From contig CAVYYZ010000008.1 of NCBI GenBank assembly GCA_963772835.1, positions 192,001-256,000 of the forward strand: a DNA stretch of 64,000 bases, written 5' to 3'. The DNA is from an uncultured delta proteobacterium. GTDB taxonomy: Bacteria > Desulfobacterota > Desulfuromonadia > Geobacterales > Pseudopelobacteraceae. Under the pieces are notes generated by a model that was not told where the DNA came from, searched no databases, and worked only from the letters and a program-made list of their open reading frames with translations. Both the position numbers and the translations under genes were made by a program. Shown here one piece after another: positions 12,590 through 22,546 of this stretch (position 1 is the first letter of the stretch; the number at the start of each line of letters is the position of its first letter).

Positions 12590-12849
12590 AAGTGAACCTC
12601 CTCTGATTCGGTGTAATTTCTTTTCTGCCTTTTATCGCGTGAAATGGCATAACGACTGACAATAAACGTCAGCCACATTGACATCAGTAATTAACGCACT
12701 CATATGAAGTCAATTTATAAAACGTTGTTTTCCAATGCGTTGCAATACAAATACGATCAAATCAATCCTTTATTTAATTAAAGGAATTGGATATCATGCA
12801 ATTTTCATTCCTTCGCAAAACAGCCGCCGGAGCGGATGCAAACACCACT

Positions 12850-13458
12850 TTACGTCTGATTTTGCAGGTCATGTACGGAATCCGGCAGACTGTTTTTTCC
12901 AAGGCAAAAACAGTCTGTCAGATGGTCGTTGACCATGCCGGTCGCCTGCATAAAAGCGTAACAGATAGTTGTGCCGACAAAACGGAAGCCAATCCGTTTC
13001 AACTCTTTGCTCATGGCATCTGAAAGCGCTGTACTCGCAGGCACTTCGGTCATATTTTCCCATGCATTGCAGATCGGTACCCCGCCGACAAAATGCCAGA
13101 GATAACTGTCGAGACTTCCGTATCGGGCCTGCACTTCAAGCACTGCCCGGGCGTTGGAAATGGTGGAGGCAACTTTAAGGCGGTTGCGCACAATACCGGG
13201 GTCAGCCAGAAGCCTCTCGACATCGGCATCGGTATACGCCGCGACCTTTTCCGGGTCGAAGCCGTCAAAGGCCCTGCGGTACCCTTCCCTTTTCCGCAGA
13301 ATTGTAATCCAGGACAGGCCGGCCTGCGCCCCCTCCAGCGTAAGCATCTCAAACAGCCGTCGGTCGTCGTGCAGCGGAATTCCCCATTCATGATCGTGAT
13401 ACTCCCGGTACAACGGATCGGTTCCGCACCATGAACAGCGAAAAACAGTTTCTGTCAT
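12850..13458 (-). CDS. tag: DNA-3-methyladenine glycosylase I
   Basis: RCSW..YHDHEWG, LEGAQAGLSW, GIVRNRLK, FRFVGTTICYAFMQATGMVNDH motifs. Confidence 0.95.
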   Translation of the reverse strand: MTETVFRCSWCGTDPLYREYHDHEWGIPLHDDRRLFEMLTLEGAQAGLSWITILRKREGYRRAFDGFDPEKVAAYTDADVERLLADPGIVRNRLKVASTISNARAVLEVQARYGSLDSYLWHFVGGVPICNAWENMTEVPASTALSDAMSKELKRIGFRFVGTTICYAFMQATGMVNDHLTDCFCLGKNSLPDSVHDLQNQT

Positions 13459-13593
13459 CAGCTTCTCCAGTTATCAAACAAAGGTTTAGTTTTCATAAAC
13501 TACTGATTTTTAAAGGCTGTTTATACCTACTCCACGTGTCGATAACAAGAACCAAATGCAGCCGCTACGGTATACATAATGTCACCTTATTTT

Positions 13594-13624
13594 TTGACTT
13601 ACCGCCGCCTCCCGTGCTATAAAT
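13594..13624 (+). promoter_or_regulatory. Putative sigma70 promoter of dapA operon
   Basis: TTGACT-18nt-TATAAA with TG extended -10. Confidence 0.5.
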
Positions 13625-13711
13625 ACCCACTTTTTACCTGACAGCAGGCATCCAGATGATCAGCGTCGAGTCCGGGCAGCAAAAATACCACTCCACAAGG
13701 GGGAAAAGGAT

Positions 13712-14584
13712 ATGTTTAAAGGAAGTATTGTTGCTATTGTGACACCATTTTGCAACGGAGCGGTTGACGAGCAGAAACTGCGCGAACTGGTCGATTTCCA
13801 GATCGAGAACGGGACCGATGCCATCGTTGCCTGCGGCACCACCGGCGAGTCCTCCACCCTCGACAATGTAGAACATCTGGATGTCATCCGGATCGTGTTC
13901 GAACAGGCCAAAGGGCGCGTTCCGGTTATCGCCGGCACCGGCTCCAATTCCACCGCCGAAGCGATCCATCTGACCCGTGAGGCCAAAGAACTGGGCGTAG
14001 CCGGCGTGCTGCTGGTGACACCCTACTACAACAAGCCGACCCAGGAAGGGCTCTACCGTCATTACACCGCCATCGCCGATGCCGTTGACATCCCGCAGAT
14101 ACTGTACAACGTACCGGGACGCACCGGCGTCAACCTGCTCCCCGAAACCGTTGCGCGTCTCGCTCCGCACCGGAACATTGTCGCCATCAAGGAGGCCACC
14201 GGCTCTCTGCAGCAGGCCTCGGAGGTCATCGCTCTCTGCGGAGGCCAGATTGACGTCTTTTCCGGCGACGACTTCATCACCTTCCCGATGATGGCCTGCG
14301 GCGCAGTGGGAGTTATTTCCGTACTGGCCAACATCATGCCCAAAACAGTGGGCGACCTGACCGACGCCTTCTTTGCCGGCGATCTGGCCAAGGCCCGTCA
14401 GCTGCACCTGGATACTCTCAAGATAGGTAACGCCATGTTCATCGAGAGTAATCCGATCCCGGTAAAAACAGCTCTCGGATTGATGGGCAAATGCTCGGGC
14501 GAGGTCCGTCTGCCGCTCTGCGAAATGAGCGCGGCCAACAAGGCGAAGCTGGAAGCGATCATGAAGGAATATAAACTGATTTAA
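13712..14584 (+). CDS. dapA: 4-hydroxy-tetrahydrodipicolinate synthase
   Basis: GTTGES, TPYYNKP, LYNVPGRT, IKEA, SGDD, NPIPVK motifs. Confidence 0.97.
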   Translation: MFKGSIVAIVTPFCNGAVDEQKLRELVDFQIENGTDAIVACGTTGESSTLDNVEHLDVIRIVFEQAKGRVPVIAGTGSNSTAEAIHLTREAKELGVAGVLLVTPYYNKPTQEGLYRHYTAIADAVDIPQILYNVPGRTGVNLLPETVARLAPHRNIVAIKEATGSLQQASEVIALCGGQIDVFSGDDFITFPMMACGAVGVISVLANIMPKTVGDLTDAFFAGDLAKARQLHLDTLKIGNAMFIESNPIPVKTALGLMGKCSGEVRLPLCEMSAANKAKLEAIMKEYKLI

Positions 14585-14593
14585 TGCACTTAG

Positions 14594-14675
14594 CACTAAG
14601 GCACTAAGTTCACTAAGAGAATCTGGAAAGGCGAGCCTTTTTGACAAAATCTTTGGTGAACTTAGTGCCTTAGTG
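14594..14675. repeat. Long inverted repeat built of CACTAAG units (REP/MITE-like) between dapA and dapB
   Basis: cactaaggcactaagttcac pairs perfectly (20 bp) with gtgaacttagtgccttagtg. Confidence 0.75.
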
Positions 14676-14694
14676 GTGAATAAGGGGTCACATA

Positions 14695-15498
14695 ATGATT
14701 AAAATTGCCGTTTGCGGCGCTGCCGGACGAATGGGGCAGCGCATCATCAATTCAATACTGGAGGCCGAGGGGGTAGAGCTCTCCGGCGCGCTGGAGCGAC
14801 CGGGTCATCCGCAGGCCGGACAGGATGTCGGGCTGGTTGCCGGCTGCGGTGCGTTGGGAGTGAACGTCTCCGATGACCTGAACGCCGTGATTGCCGGCTG
14901 TGACGTGCTGATCGACTTCACCTCCCCCAAAGTGTCGCTCAAAAACCTGGAAGTCTGCGCACTCAAGAAAAAATCCATCGTCATCGGTTCCACCGGTTTT
15001 ACACCGGAAGAGCGTGCCCTGGCGGTCGAACTGGCACGGGAAATTCCGGCTGTGCTTGCCCCCAACATGTCGGTCGGTGTCAATGTCTGTCTCAAGGTTT
15101 TGAAAGACGTGGCCAAAACACTGGGCGACGACTTCGATGTGGAGATCGTCGAACTGCATCACAACAAGAAAAAAGACTCACCGTCAGGAACTGCCGTGCG
15201 CATGGGCGAGGTCGTGGCTGAAGCGCTGGGACGGGACTACAACAAGGTTGCCAACTATCACCGCGAGGGGATCTGCGGCGAGCGAACGAAAGAAGAGATT
15301 GGCATGCAGACCGTCCGCGGCGGCGACATCATCGGCGAACACACGGTCTACTTCATCGGCCAGGGGGAGCGGATCGAGATCTCCCACCGCGCCATGACAC
15401 GAGACATGTTCTCGCGCGGATCGGTACGTGCCGCGAAATGGGTGGTCGGCAAGACACCGGGACTCTATGATATGCAGGATGTTCTCGGATTGCGGTAG
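14695..15498 (+). CDS. dapB: 4-hydroxy-tetrahydrodipicolinate reductase
   Basis: GAAGRMG, IDFT, GSTG, ELHHNKKKDSPSGTA, RGGDIIGEH motifs. Confidence 0.97.
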   Translation: MIKIAVCGAAGRMGQRIINSILEAEGVELSGALERPGHPQAGQDVGLVAGCGALGVNVSDDLNAVIAGCDVLIDFTSPKVSLKNLEVCALKKKSIVIGSTGFTPEERALAVELAREIPAVLAPNMSVGVNVCLKVLKDVAKTLGDDFDVEIVELHHNKKKDSPSGTAVRMGEVVAEALGRDYNKVANYHREGICGERTKEEIGMQTVRGGDIIGEHTVYFIGQGERIEISHRAMTRDMFSRGSVRAAKWVVGKTPGLYDMQDVLGLR

Positions 15499-15509
15499 GG
15501 GGTGGTGTT

Positions 15510-17777
15510 ATGGCTACAAAGCTGATCATCTATCTGAAAAACGGATTGAGCGTTGATGGCACCCTGGCGAGGGCCTTTGATGGCTCTGATACTGACATTG
15601 ATGTTGTCGCCGAGCCTGAAAAAATACGATTAACCTTTGCATTAGATGAAATAGCCTGCATCCTGCTGTCCGGAACCCCTTCCTGGGCCGCTGACCGCCA
15701 ACCCTCATCAGTCGAAGAAGTACAGATAATCACCGGGGCCACATTCAGTGTCGCCATATACGAAGGCGCGCACTTTGCCACCGGTTTTTTCGGTATTGCC
15801 GCCGGGAAGCCGCCGGTTGCCGGATACAACACTATATTCTTCGTCAGTTCAGCCATCCGTTCCCGGCACCTGGAGCAGACCCTGGGGCAGATTCTGCAGG
15901 AGAAGGGATTCGTCTCCTCGGAAAAAATCGACGAAGCGCTGCAAATCCAGCAGACGCTTCGGAACCGCAGAATGGGTGAACTTCTCTCCGAATCGGCCAA
16001 TGTGCCGCAGGAGATCATCGAAAAAACTCTTGCGAACGCTCAGACTGACGCGCGCCGTAAGGCCAGGGTCGGCGACATCCTGATCGAGGCCGGCCTGGTC
16101 TCCCGTGATCAGGTGGAAAAGGCGCTTGTAGAGCCAGACTTCCGGCAAGAAAGTCCGCATCGGCGAACTGCTTATCATGCATGGGCTGATTACCGAAGAT
16201 CAGCTGCTTAACGCACTGGCCACCAAATTTCAGATGCGTTTTGTCGACCTGACGGCGCAGACCCCCGGCGAGGAAGCACTGGCAGCTCTGTCGGAAGGTC
16301 TGGTCAACCGGCTGCAGGTATTTCCTCTGGAATTGGTCGGCAGCCGGCTGGTGGTTGCCACCTCGGCTCCGACCGACCCCGCCATCGGCGACGATCTGCG
16401 CTTCTGTACAAAATACACCATCGATCTGGTCGTGGCCTCCTCCACCCAGATTGCCCAGGCCATCGAGCGGTATTACCAGCACAAAGAGGAGGAGCTGGAC
16501 ACAATCTTCGATGAGATGAAGGGCGAGCACGAGGTAACGGTTGAAGAGGATGTGGAGTCTTCCAGTTCATCGAACCGGACTCCAAGATCATCACGCTCAT
16601 CAACAAGGTCCTTATCGACGCCCACCGGCGGGGAGCGTCGGACATCCACTTCGAACCGGGCGGCATCAATAACCCGGTTCTGGTCCGCTACCGGATCGAC
16701 GGCGAGTGTATTGTGGCACATAAGATAGCCGCCACCTTCAAGAATGCCATTATCTCCCGCATCAAAATCATTGCAAACCTGGATATTGCCGAACGGCGCA
16801 AACCGCAGAGCGGTAAGATTATGCTCCGCTTCGAGAACCGCAAAGTCGAATACCGCGTGGAGATTACTCCAACAGTGGGGGGGCAGGAAGATGCCGTGCT
16901 CCGGCTGCTGTCAGCCTCCAAGCCGCTGCCGCTGGAAGAGATGGGCTTTCTTCCGTACAACCTGGAGCGGCTCAAAGGGATCATCACCAAACCGTACGGT
17001 CTGATCCTCTGCGTCGGCCCGACCGGTTCCGGCAAGACGACAACCCTGCATTCCGCCCTCGGCTACATAAACAAACCGAACCGAAAAATCTGGACAGCCG
17101 AAGATCCGGTGGAGATCACCCAGGCCGGTTTGCGGCAGGTACAGGTCAACGCCAAGATCGGTTTCAATTTTGCCGAGGCCATGCGCTCCTTCCTGCGTGC
17201 CGATCCTGACGTGATCATGATCGGCGAGATGCGGGATGTGGAGACCGCCCGGATCGCTATCGAGGCATCACTGACCGGGCACCAGGTGTTCAGCACCCTG
17301 CACACCAACAGTGCCGCCGAAACCGTGGTGCGGTTGATCGACATGGGGATGGATCCGTTGAACTTTGCCGATGCCCTCCTGGGAATTGTCGCCCAGCGTC
17401 TCGCCCGGAAACTGTGCGATAACTGCAAAAAACCGCTCAAGCTCCGGCAGGAGGAGTACGATGAACTGCGGGAAGAGTTCCTGCAACATGCTTCCCCGGT
17501 GGCGATGAACCTGTTCCCGACCTATGAAAATGCCGCCTGCATGGCTCCGGAAGGGTGCAAGCAGTGCAACAACACCGGATATAAAGGGCGGGTGGCGATC
17601 CATGAGCTGCTGCTGGGGACACAGTCACTCAAGAACGCCATCAAACAGCGGACCAACGGCGATGCCCTTAAGCAGCTTGCCATAGATGAGGGTATGCTGA
17701 CCCTCAAGATGGACGGCATCCTCAAGGTGTTGCAGGGTAAGACGAACATGGAGCAGATACTCAAGGTATGCATATAG
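15510..17777 (+). CDS. GspE/PilB-family ATPase with N-terminal tandem MshEN-like motifs; two frameshifts (~16128, ~16560)
   Basis: Walker A GPTGSGKTT, TAEDPVE, LRADPDVIMIGEMRD, STLHTNSA, CxxC..CxxC, YKGR; ASDIHFEP and RYRIDG in the shifted frame. Confidence 0.85.
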
Positions 17778-17835
17778 AACGGTCTCATCAGGCATCCGGT
17801 AATTTAATACAATTTTTTTGGAGGAATCTTCAGTA

Positions 17836-19068
17836 ATGGCACAGATCAACGACAACTACCTGAAACTCAAAGCAGGCTACCTCTTCCCTGAAATCGGCCG
17901 CCGCGTGCGCGAATTCGCCGCCGCCAACCCGACCGCCAAGGTCATCCGTCTGGGGATCGGCGACGTTACCCGTCCGCTGGCACCGGCCGTATTGAAGGCC
18001 TTCCACGACGCCGTGGACGATCTGGCCACCACCGACAAATTCGCCGGTTACGGTCCGGAGCAGGGGTATGACTGGCTGATCAACGCCATCATCGAGAAAT
18101 CCTACAAGCCGCTCGGCGTCAGCCTGAAAACGGAGGAGATGTTCATCTCCGACGGTTCCAAGTGCGACTGCGCCAACATCCTGGACATCTTCGCCCTGGA
18201 CAACGTGGTTGCCATCGGCGACCCGGTCTACCCGGTCTACAACGACACCAACGTCATGATCGGCCGCACCGGCGAGGCCGACGACAAGGGCTACTATCAG
18301 AATATCGTCTACATGCCGTGCAACGAGGCCAACGGTTTCATCCCGGCTCTGCCGACCCAGAAAGTGGACATCATCTATCTCTGCTTCCCCAACAACCCGA
18401 CCGGCACCGTGGCCAGCAAGGCCGAGCTGAAGAAGTGGGTCGACTACGCCAACGCCAACGACTGCGTGATCTTCTTCGACGCCGCCTACGAGGCGTTCAT
18501 CACCAACCCGGAGATCCCGCACTCCATCTACGAGATCGAAGGGGCCAAGAAGTGCGCCATCGAGTTCCGCTCGTTCTCCAAGACCGCCGGCTTCACCGGC
18601 GTCCGCTGCGGCCTGGTGGTCGTGCCGGAAGAGGTCATGGGCACCACCAGCACGGGCGAGCGCTACAGCTTCAACAAGCTCTGGCTGCGCCGCACCACCA
18701 CCAAGTTCAACGGCGCCTCCTACCCGGTCCAGCGCGCCGCCGCCGCGGTCTACTCCGACGAGGGGTGGAAGCAGACCAAAGAGATCATCGATTATTACAT
18801 GGAGAACGCCCGCATCATCCGTGAAGGGTTGAGGGAAGTCGGCGTCACCTGCTTCGGCGGCGTGGATGCCCCCTACATCTGGCTCAAGACCCCGGGCGGC
18901 ATGACCAGCTGGGACTTCTTCGACAAGCTGCTGACCGAATGCAACGTGGTCGGCACCCCCGGCAGCGGCTTCGGCCCGAGCGGGGAAGGGTACTTCCGGT
19001 TGTCGGCCTTCGGCCATCGCGAGAATGTGATTGAGGCGGTGGAGAGGATAAAGAAGAATTTGAAGTAG
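17836..19068 (+). CDS. dapL: LL-diaminopimelate aminotransferase
   Basis: [42 protein letters not shown] motifs. Confidence 0.96.
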   Translation: MAQINDNYLKLKAGYLFPEIGRRVREFAAANPTAKVIRLGIGDVTRPLAPAVLKAFHDAVDDLATTDKFAGYGPEQGYDWLINAIIEKSYKPLGVSLKTEEMFISDGSKCDCANILDIFALDNVVAIGDPVYPVYNDTNVMIGRTGEADDKGYYQNIVYMPCNEANGFIPALPTQKVDIIYLCFPNNPTGTVASKAELKKWVDYANANDCVIFFDAAYEAFITNPEIPHSIYEIEGAKKCAIEFRSFSKTAGFTGVRCGLVVVPEEVMGTTSTGERYSFNKLWLRRTTTKFNGASYPVQRAAAAVYSDEGWKQTKEIIDYYMENARIIREGLREVGVTCFGGVDAPYIWLKTPGGMTSWDFFDKLLTECNVVGTPGSGFGPSGEGYFRLSAFGHRENVIEAVERIKKNLK

Positions 19069-19079
19069 TTGTTGTAATG

Positions 19080-19104
19080 AAAGGCGGCCGATTGGCCGCC
19101 CTTC
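19080..19104. repeat. GGCGGCC hairpin repeat copy (also likely dapL terminator)
   Basis: aaaggcggccgattggccgcccttc, 11 nt after the dapL stop. Confidence 0.85.
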
Positions 19105-19277
19105 TCGCGTTCTGGATTTGTATGTCCGTAAACCTTATTGTGAAAATCGTAAGTGTATCCATTGAAATGCATTGGATTGGATCTTTGTTGTGAAATATAG
19201 TTATAAGCGGATTTTAAAATTGCATTTTTAGTGTTTTGTGGCACTATGGTGCAGCTAAATTTAGGAGCGTGTTAATA

Positions 19278-20291
19278 ATGGCTAGTTACGACGATAGAAA
19301 GCTAATATATGGGGAGATAGAAGCTTTACGGGAATCGCTCGTGATTTCTTTTATTACTGGGGATCGTAGAGGTTTAGAAACTAAAATTTCCCCGGAAATT
19401 ATTGATATTTTTGTTGAACATCTTGATGCGATTGGCCCGACTAAAAAAATATCTCTGATTTTGCATACAAATGGAGGGGATACAGCTGCAGCGTGGCGTC
19501 TAATTAATTTACTTCATATATTCTGTGATGAGCTCGAAGTCATTGTAATATCTAAAGCACTTAGTGCTGGTACACTCATATCACTCGGCGCTGATAAAAT
19601 AATCATGACAAAACAAGCAGTTCTGGGGCCTATCGATCCAAGCATCGATCATCCACTAAACCCAATTGTTCCGACAATGCCTCACATTAAAGCACCAGTG
19701 AGTGTTGAAGCAGTCAGGGGCTATTTAGATGCTGCGAGTGAACTAGGAATCACGGATAGTAAAGATTTATCGCAATTACTCGTTGATCTGTCGAACAAGG
19801 TGCATCCGTTGGTCTTAGGGCAAATTTTTCGTTCAAAAGTTCAAATACGATTCTTGGCGAAAAAGCTGCTTACAAGACAAGTTAAAGAAGATGCAAAGAT
19901 AAATGAGATTATCGACTTCCTTTGTGCAGAGTCAGGAAGCCATGATTATACCATTAACAGGCGCGAGGCTCGTGATCTTGGATTGCAAATCGAAACCCCT
20001 TCCGATGAATTTTACACTTTGCTGAGAAAAATACACCTAAGCTATGTCGAAGAATTAAGCCTTTTAGAGCCATTTGATCCTGCGGGGTTACTTGGAGTGT
20101 CTCAGACAATAGATTATTCTTTACCTCGAGCAGTTATTGAGAGCAATATAACTGGGTGTCATCAATTTATTTCAAGTGGGACATTGAATAAATCAATGAT
20201 GCATGTACAAGTTGCACCTAACATGCCGCCTATGCCACAGGAAGCAATTCACGATAACCGAAAATTCGAAGGTTGGAGGAAAACAAGATGA
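19278..20291 (+). CDS. SDH-family (ClpP/crotonase fold) serine proteinase
   Basis: LILHTNGG, ALSAGTLISLGAD.I.M....LGPIDP, SHDYTI motifs; AT-rich. Confidence 0.8.
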   Translation: MASYDDRKLIYGEIEALRESLVISFITGDRRGLETKISPEIIDIFVEHLDAIGPTKKISLILHTNGGDTAAAWRLINLLHIFCDELEVIVISKALSAGTLISLGADKIIMTKQAVLGPIDPSIDHPLNPIVPTMPHIKAPVSVEAVRGYLDAASELGITDSKDLSQLLVDLSNKVHPLVLGQIFRSKVQIRFLAKKLLTRQVKEDAKINEIIDFLCAESGSHDYTINRREARDLGLQIETPSDEFYTLLRKIHLSYVEELSLLEPFDPAGLLGVSQTIDYSLPRAVIESNITGCHQFISSGTLNKSMMHVQVAPNMPPMPQEAIHDNRKFEGWRKTR

Positions 20292-20479
20292 GTTATTTCC
20301 AGTCAACAACAGATGCGAGCAATCTATACCGCCCCACAACTGCAACTGAAACTAGTAAGGAAATGGGAACTGCTGTCAGAGGAAATCTCGCAGACCAAAT
20401 GAATAATGTAATAATCATTCGAACTACGTATATGGCCAATCAGAATATAGGTACAAATGCTTCTTTTTCAGAGCAGTAA
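20288..20479 (+). CDS. Small hypothetical protein (63 aa), translationally coupled to the protease
   Basis: ATGA overlap, GGAGG RBS. Confidence 0.55.
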   Translation: MSYFQSTTDASNLYRPTTATETSKEMGTAVRGNLADQMNNVIIIRTTYMANQNIGTNASFSEQ

Positions 20480-20584
20480 TGATGATGCTTAGCATTTGAT
20501 CAGCATTTCTGTTACATAGAGTATTTTTCCCCTATCAACATTTCTGCCTGCGAAAAAACAGCAGGTGACAAACCTACAATTTTT

Positions 20585-20622
20585 AAACAGCAAAGGCGGC
20601 CAATCGGCCGCCTTTGCTGTTT
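20585..20622. repeat. GGCGGCC hairpin repeat copy (17-bp stem)
   Basis: aaacagcaaaggcggcc-aatc-ggccgcctttgctgttt; core is the reverse complement of the 31808 copy. Confidence 0.9.
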
Positions 20623-20628
20623 CTGTAT

Positions 20629-20772
20629 TCAGTACATTTCAAGCGCTGCGGCAATTCTTGTTTTGTGCTGCCCCAGATCCTGCTTGGAAAAGTCGGTGAC
20701 AACCTTCAGATAGTTGGTGCCAAGATCCTCCCGCACACAGGACTCAAACTTGACCGCCTCTACGTTATAGCC
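20629..20772 (-). pseudogene. 3' remnant of a 2-hydroxyacyl-CoA dehydratase-family gene
   Basis: GYNVEAVKFESCVREDLGTNYLKVVTDFSKQDLGQHKTRIAAALEMY* resembles the family C-terminus (L.IETDYS..D.GQ..TR..AF.EM); no start. Confidence 0.6.
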
Positions 20773-20825
20773 TTAACTGTACCAAGTTGTCTCAGGTATC
20801 CGGAATTCCTAAATTGATATATATC

Positions 20826-21377
20826 TCAAAAAGGTACTTCTGAATCATCGTTCTCCTCTATGTCCTTTTCATTTGGAGTGACAGCAATATTTGCTTCTAT
20901 TACAGAACGTTTACCTGCCACCTGCTCAAAGTATGTGGACTCACAAAGGCTAATATCATCGTCCGTAATTTTGGAACAGCGATATCCGTCCATGTTGAAG
21001 CCAAACTTTTCAAACACCCCCCTATCGACACTGTACAAGTTCCACTCCACATCGTCCGGAAAAAGGAGCACTATCGACAATGCGTTAGTATTGTCGTGCT
21101 TGATGATATAGAAATCGTGCTCAGGGATATAATACAGGTAATTATAAGGATTCTCAGGGTCAAAACAATCTAGATCGGACGTATCGCTGTAGCTAGGGCC
21201 AGATTCAATTTCTATGGCGCAGTTAAGGCAAACGCCATAAAACCTATCTTCATCGCCTTCGCAATCGTAATCCTCTTCCATATCCCGCCCACACTTTGGG
21301 CATGGCCTACTGGATTGAGAAGGCACGTAATCATAAACTCCCCTTAATATGGCGGCAGCGGCGACGTCGTTCCCCAT
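20826..21377 (-). CDS. Hypothetical acidic protein with CPKC...CLNC zinc ribbon and DDSEVPF tail
   Basis: Open ORF, poly-G RBS, AT-rich. Confidence 0.65.
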   Translation of the reverse strand: MGNDVAAAAILRGVYDYVPSQSSRPCPKCGRDMEEDYDCEGDEDRFYGVCLNCAIEIESGPSYSDTSDLDCFDPENPYNYLYYIPEHDFYIIKHDNTNALSIVLLFPDDVEWNLYSVDRGVFEKFGFNMDGYRCSKITDDDISLCESTYFEQVAGKRSVIEANIAVTPNEKDIEENDDSEVPF

Positions 21378-21472
21378 GGTAATCCCCCCCAAAGTTTCGC
21401 TGATTATATCAGACAGCGCAGTTAGCAACCACTTTTTCTGCTACCCTCGCAAAATCTCTGAAAGGAGGAAAT

Positions 21473-21958
21473 CTACGGGGTCAGGTCTTGAAATATAAGT
21501 TTTACAAAATCGGGGATCAAATAGTCTACGACGATCGCTTCACCACGCCGTACTTGCTCCTTCACTTGTTGACTGATTGCGCGATTATCGCTCCTGATGA
21601 GTTCAACCAGTCGGGTGATGCGTTTGGCCTCCGATTGATCGTCGTACGTGGCGCTCCACAATACCATTTCAAACAGCAGCGGAATAAGATCCAGCCCCTT
21701 ATCGGTAAGCATATAGCTGTCCTTCCTGCCGTCGGCATGTCCCTCACGCACAAGAATGCCCCCCTCAATAAGTTGCCCCAGGCGTGACGCCAGAATGTTG
21801 GTGGCAAAACCCTCCTCTGATTTGAGGAAATCACCGTAGGTCCGTTTCCCCCTGAAAATGATGTCTCGAAGGATCAGCAGTGTCCAGCGGTCGCCAAAGG
21901 TCTCAAGGGCGAAGTTAACGGGACAGTGCGAGCGAAGTTTGTTTTTTCCCTTTTTCAT
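21473..21958 (-). CDS. HxlR-family winged-helix regulator
   Basis: RSHCPVNFALETFGDRWTLLILRD, NILASRL, Y.LT.KG.DL. Confidence 0.9.
   Translation of the reverse strand: MKKGKNKLRSHCPVNFALETFGDRWTLLILRDIIFRGKRTYGDFLKSEEGFATNILASRLGQLIEGGILVREGHADGRKDSYMLTDKGLDLIPLLFEMVLWSATYDDQSEAKRITRLVELIRSDNRAISQQVKEQVRRGEAIVVDYLIPDFVKLIFQDLTP
21477..21499 (+). repeat. GGGGTCAGGTCTTGAAATATAA REP-like element
   Basis: 19-nt core gtcaggtcttgaaatataa repeated exactly at 23926-23944; related ctgacccc element near 24745-24760. Confidence 0.7.
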
Positions 21959-21977
21959 AATTCAATTTATACAGATT

Positions 21978-21998
21978 TCACTTGTAATTTGCAAGTGA
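21978..21998. promoter_or_regulatory. Inverted-repeat operator between divergent hxlR-like and SRPBCC genes
   Basis: TCACTTG-N7-CAAGTGA. Confidence 0.6.
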
Positions 21999-22044
21999 TA
22001 ATTCTACTATGAATCATAACAAAAACAAATTGGAGGTGGCTGAC

Positions 22045-22503
22045 ATGGTAGACATAAATCATCGAATCGGCATCAAAACCCCGGTAGAACGGGTATATAA
22101 GGCAGTGACAACTCTGAATGGCCTAGCCGGCTGGTGGACTGAAGATGTAACCGGTGATGCGGCGGTCGGAGGCAGGATTGCGTTCAGTTTTCTCACCACA
22201 TCCGGTGCTCTGCTGGGCAGGATGGTTATGGAAGTGCAGAAACTGGATGAGAATAAGGAGGTTCGCTGGCGCTGCGTTGAAGGGCCGGAGGAGTGGCTTG
22301 GTACTGACATCACCTTCCAGCTTTCTGAACAGGATGGTCAGACGATTGTCCTCTTCGGTCACCGGAACTGGCGCGAGGCTGTTGAGGCTACCTATCACTG
22401 CAGTATGAAGTGGGCCACTTTCCTGTTAAGCCTGCGTGAGTATGTGGAAACAGGAACAGGGAAACCGTCACCCCATGATCTGAAGATAGATAACTGGAAT
22501 TAG
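22045..22503 (+). CDS. SRPBCC/AHSA1-domain protein
   Basis: DINHRIGI, GLAGWWT, VRWRC..GP.EW.GT, HCSMKWATFLLSL. Confidence 0.9.
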   Translation: MVDINHRIGIKTPVERVYKAVTTLNGLAGWWTEDVTGDAAVGGRIAFSFLTTSGALLGRMVMEVQKLDENKEVRWRCVEGPEEWLGTDITFQLSEQDGQTIVLFGHRNWREAVEATYHCSMKWATFLLSLREYVETGTGKPSPHDLKIDNWN

Positions 22504-22546
22504 CATTCTATGTGGAAATAGATGAGCAGAATAAGGAGGCAATACA

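Noticed and set aside
13634..19017. Long antisense ORFs over dapA and dapL (also 41917-43026, 43210-44106)
   Set aside because: Expected by-product of high GC3; no motifs.
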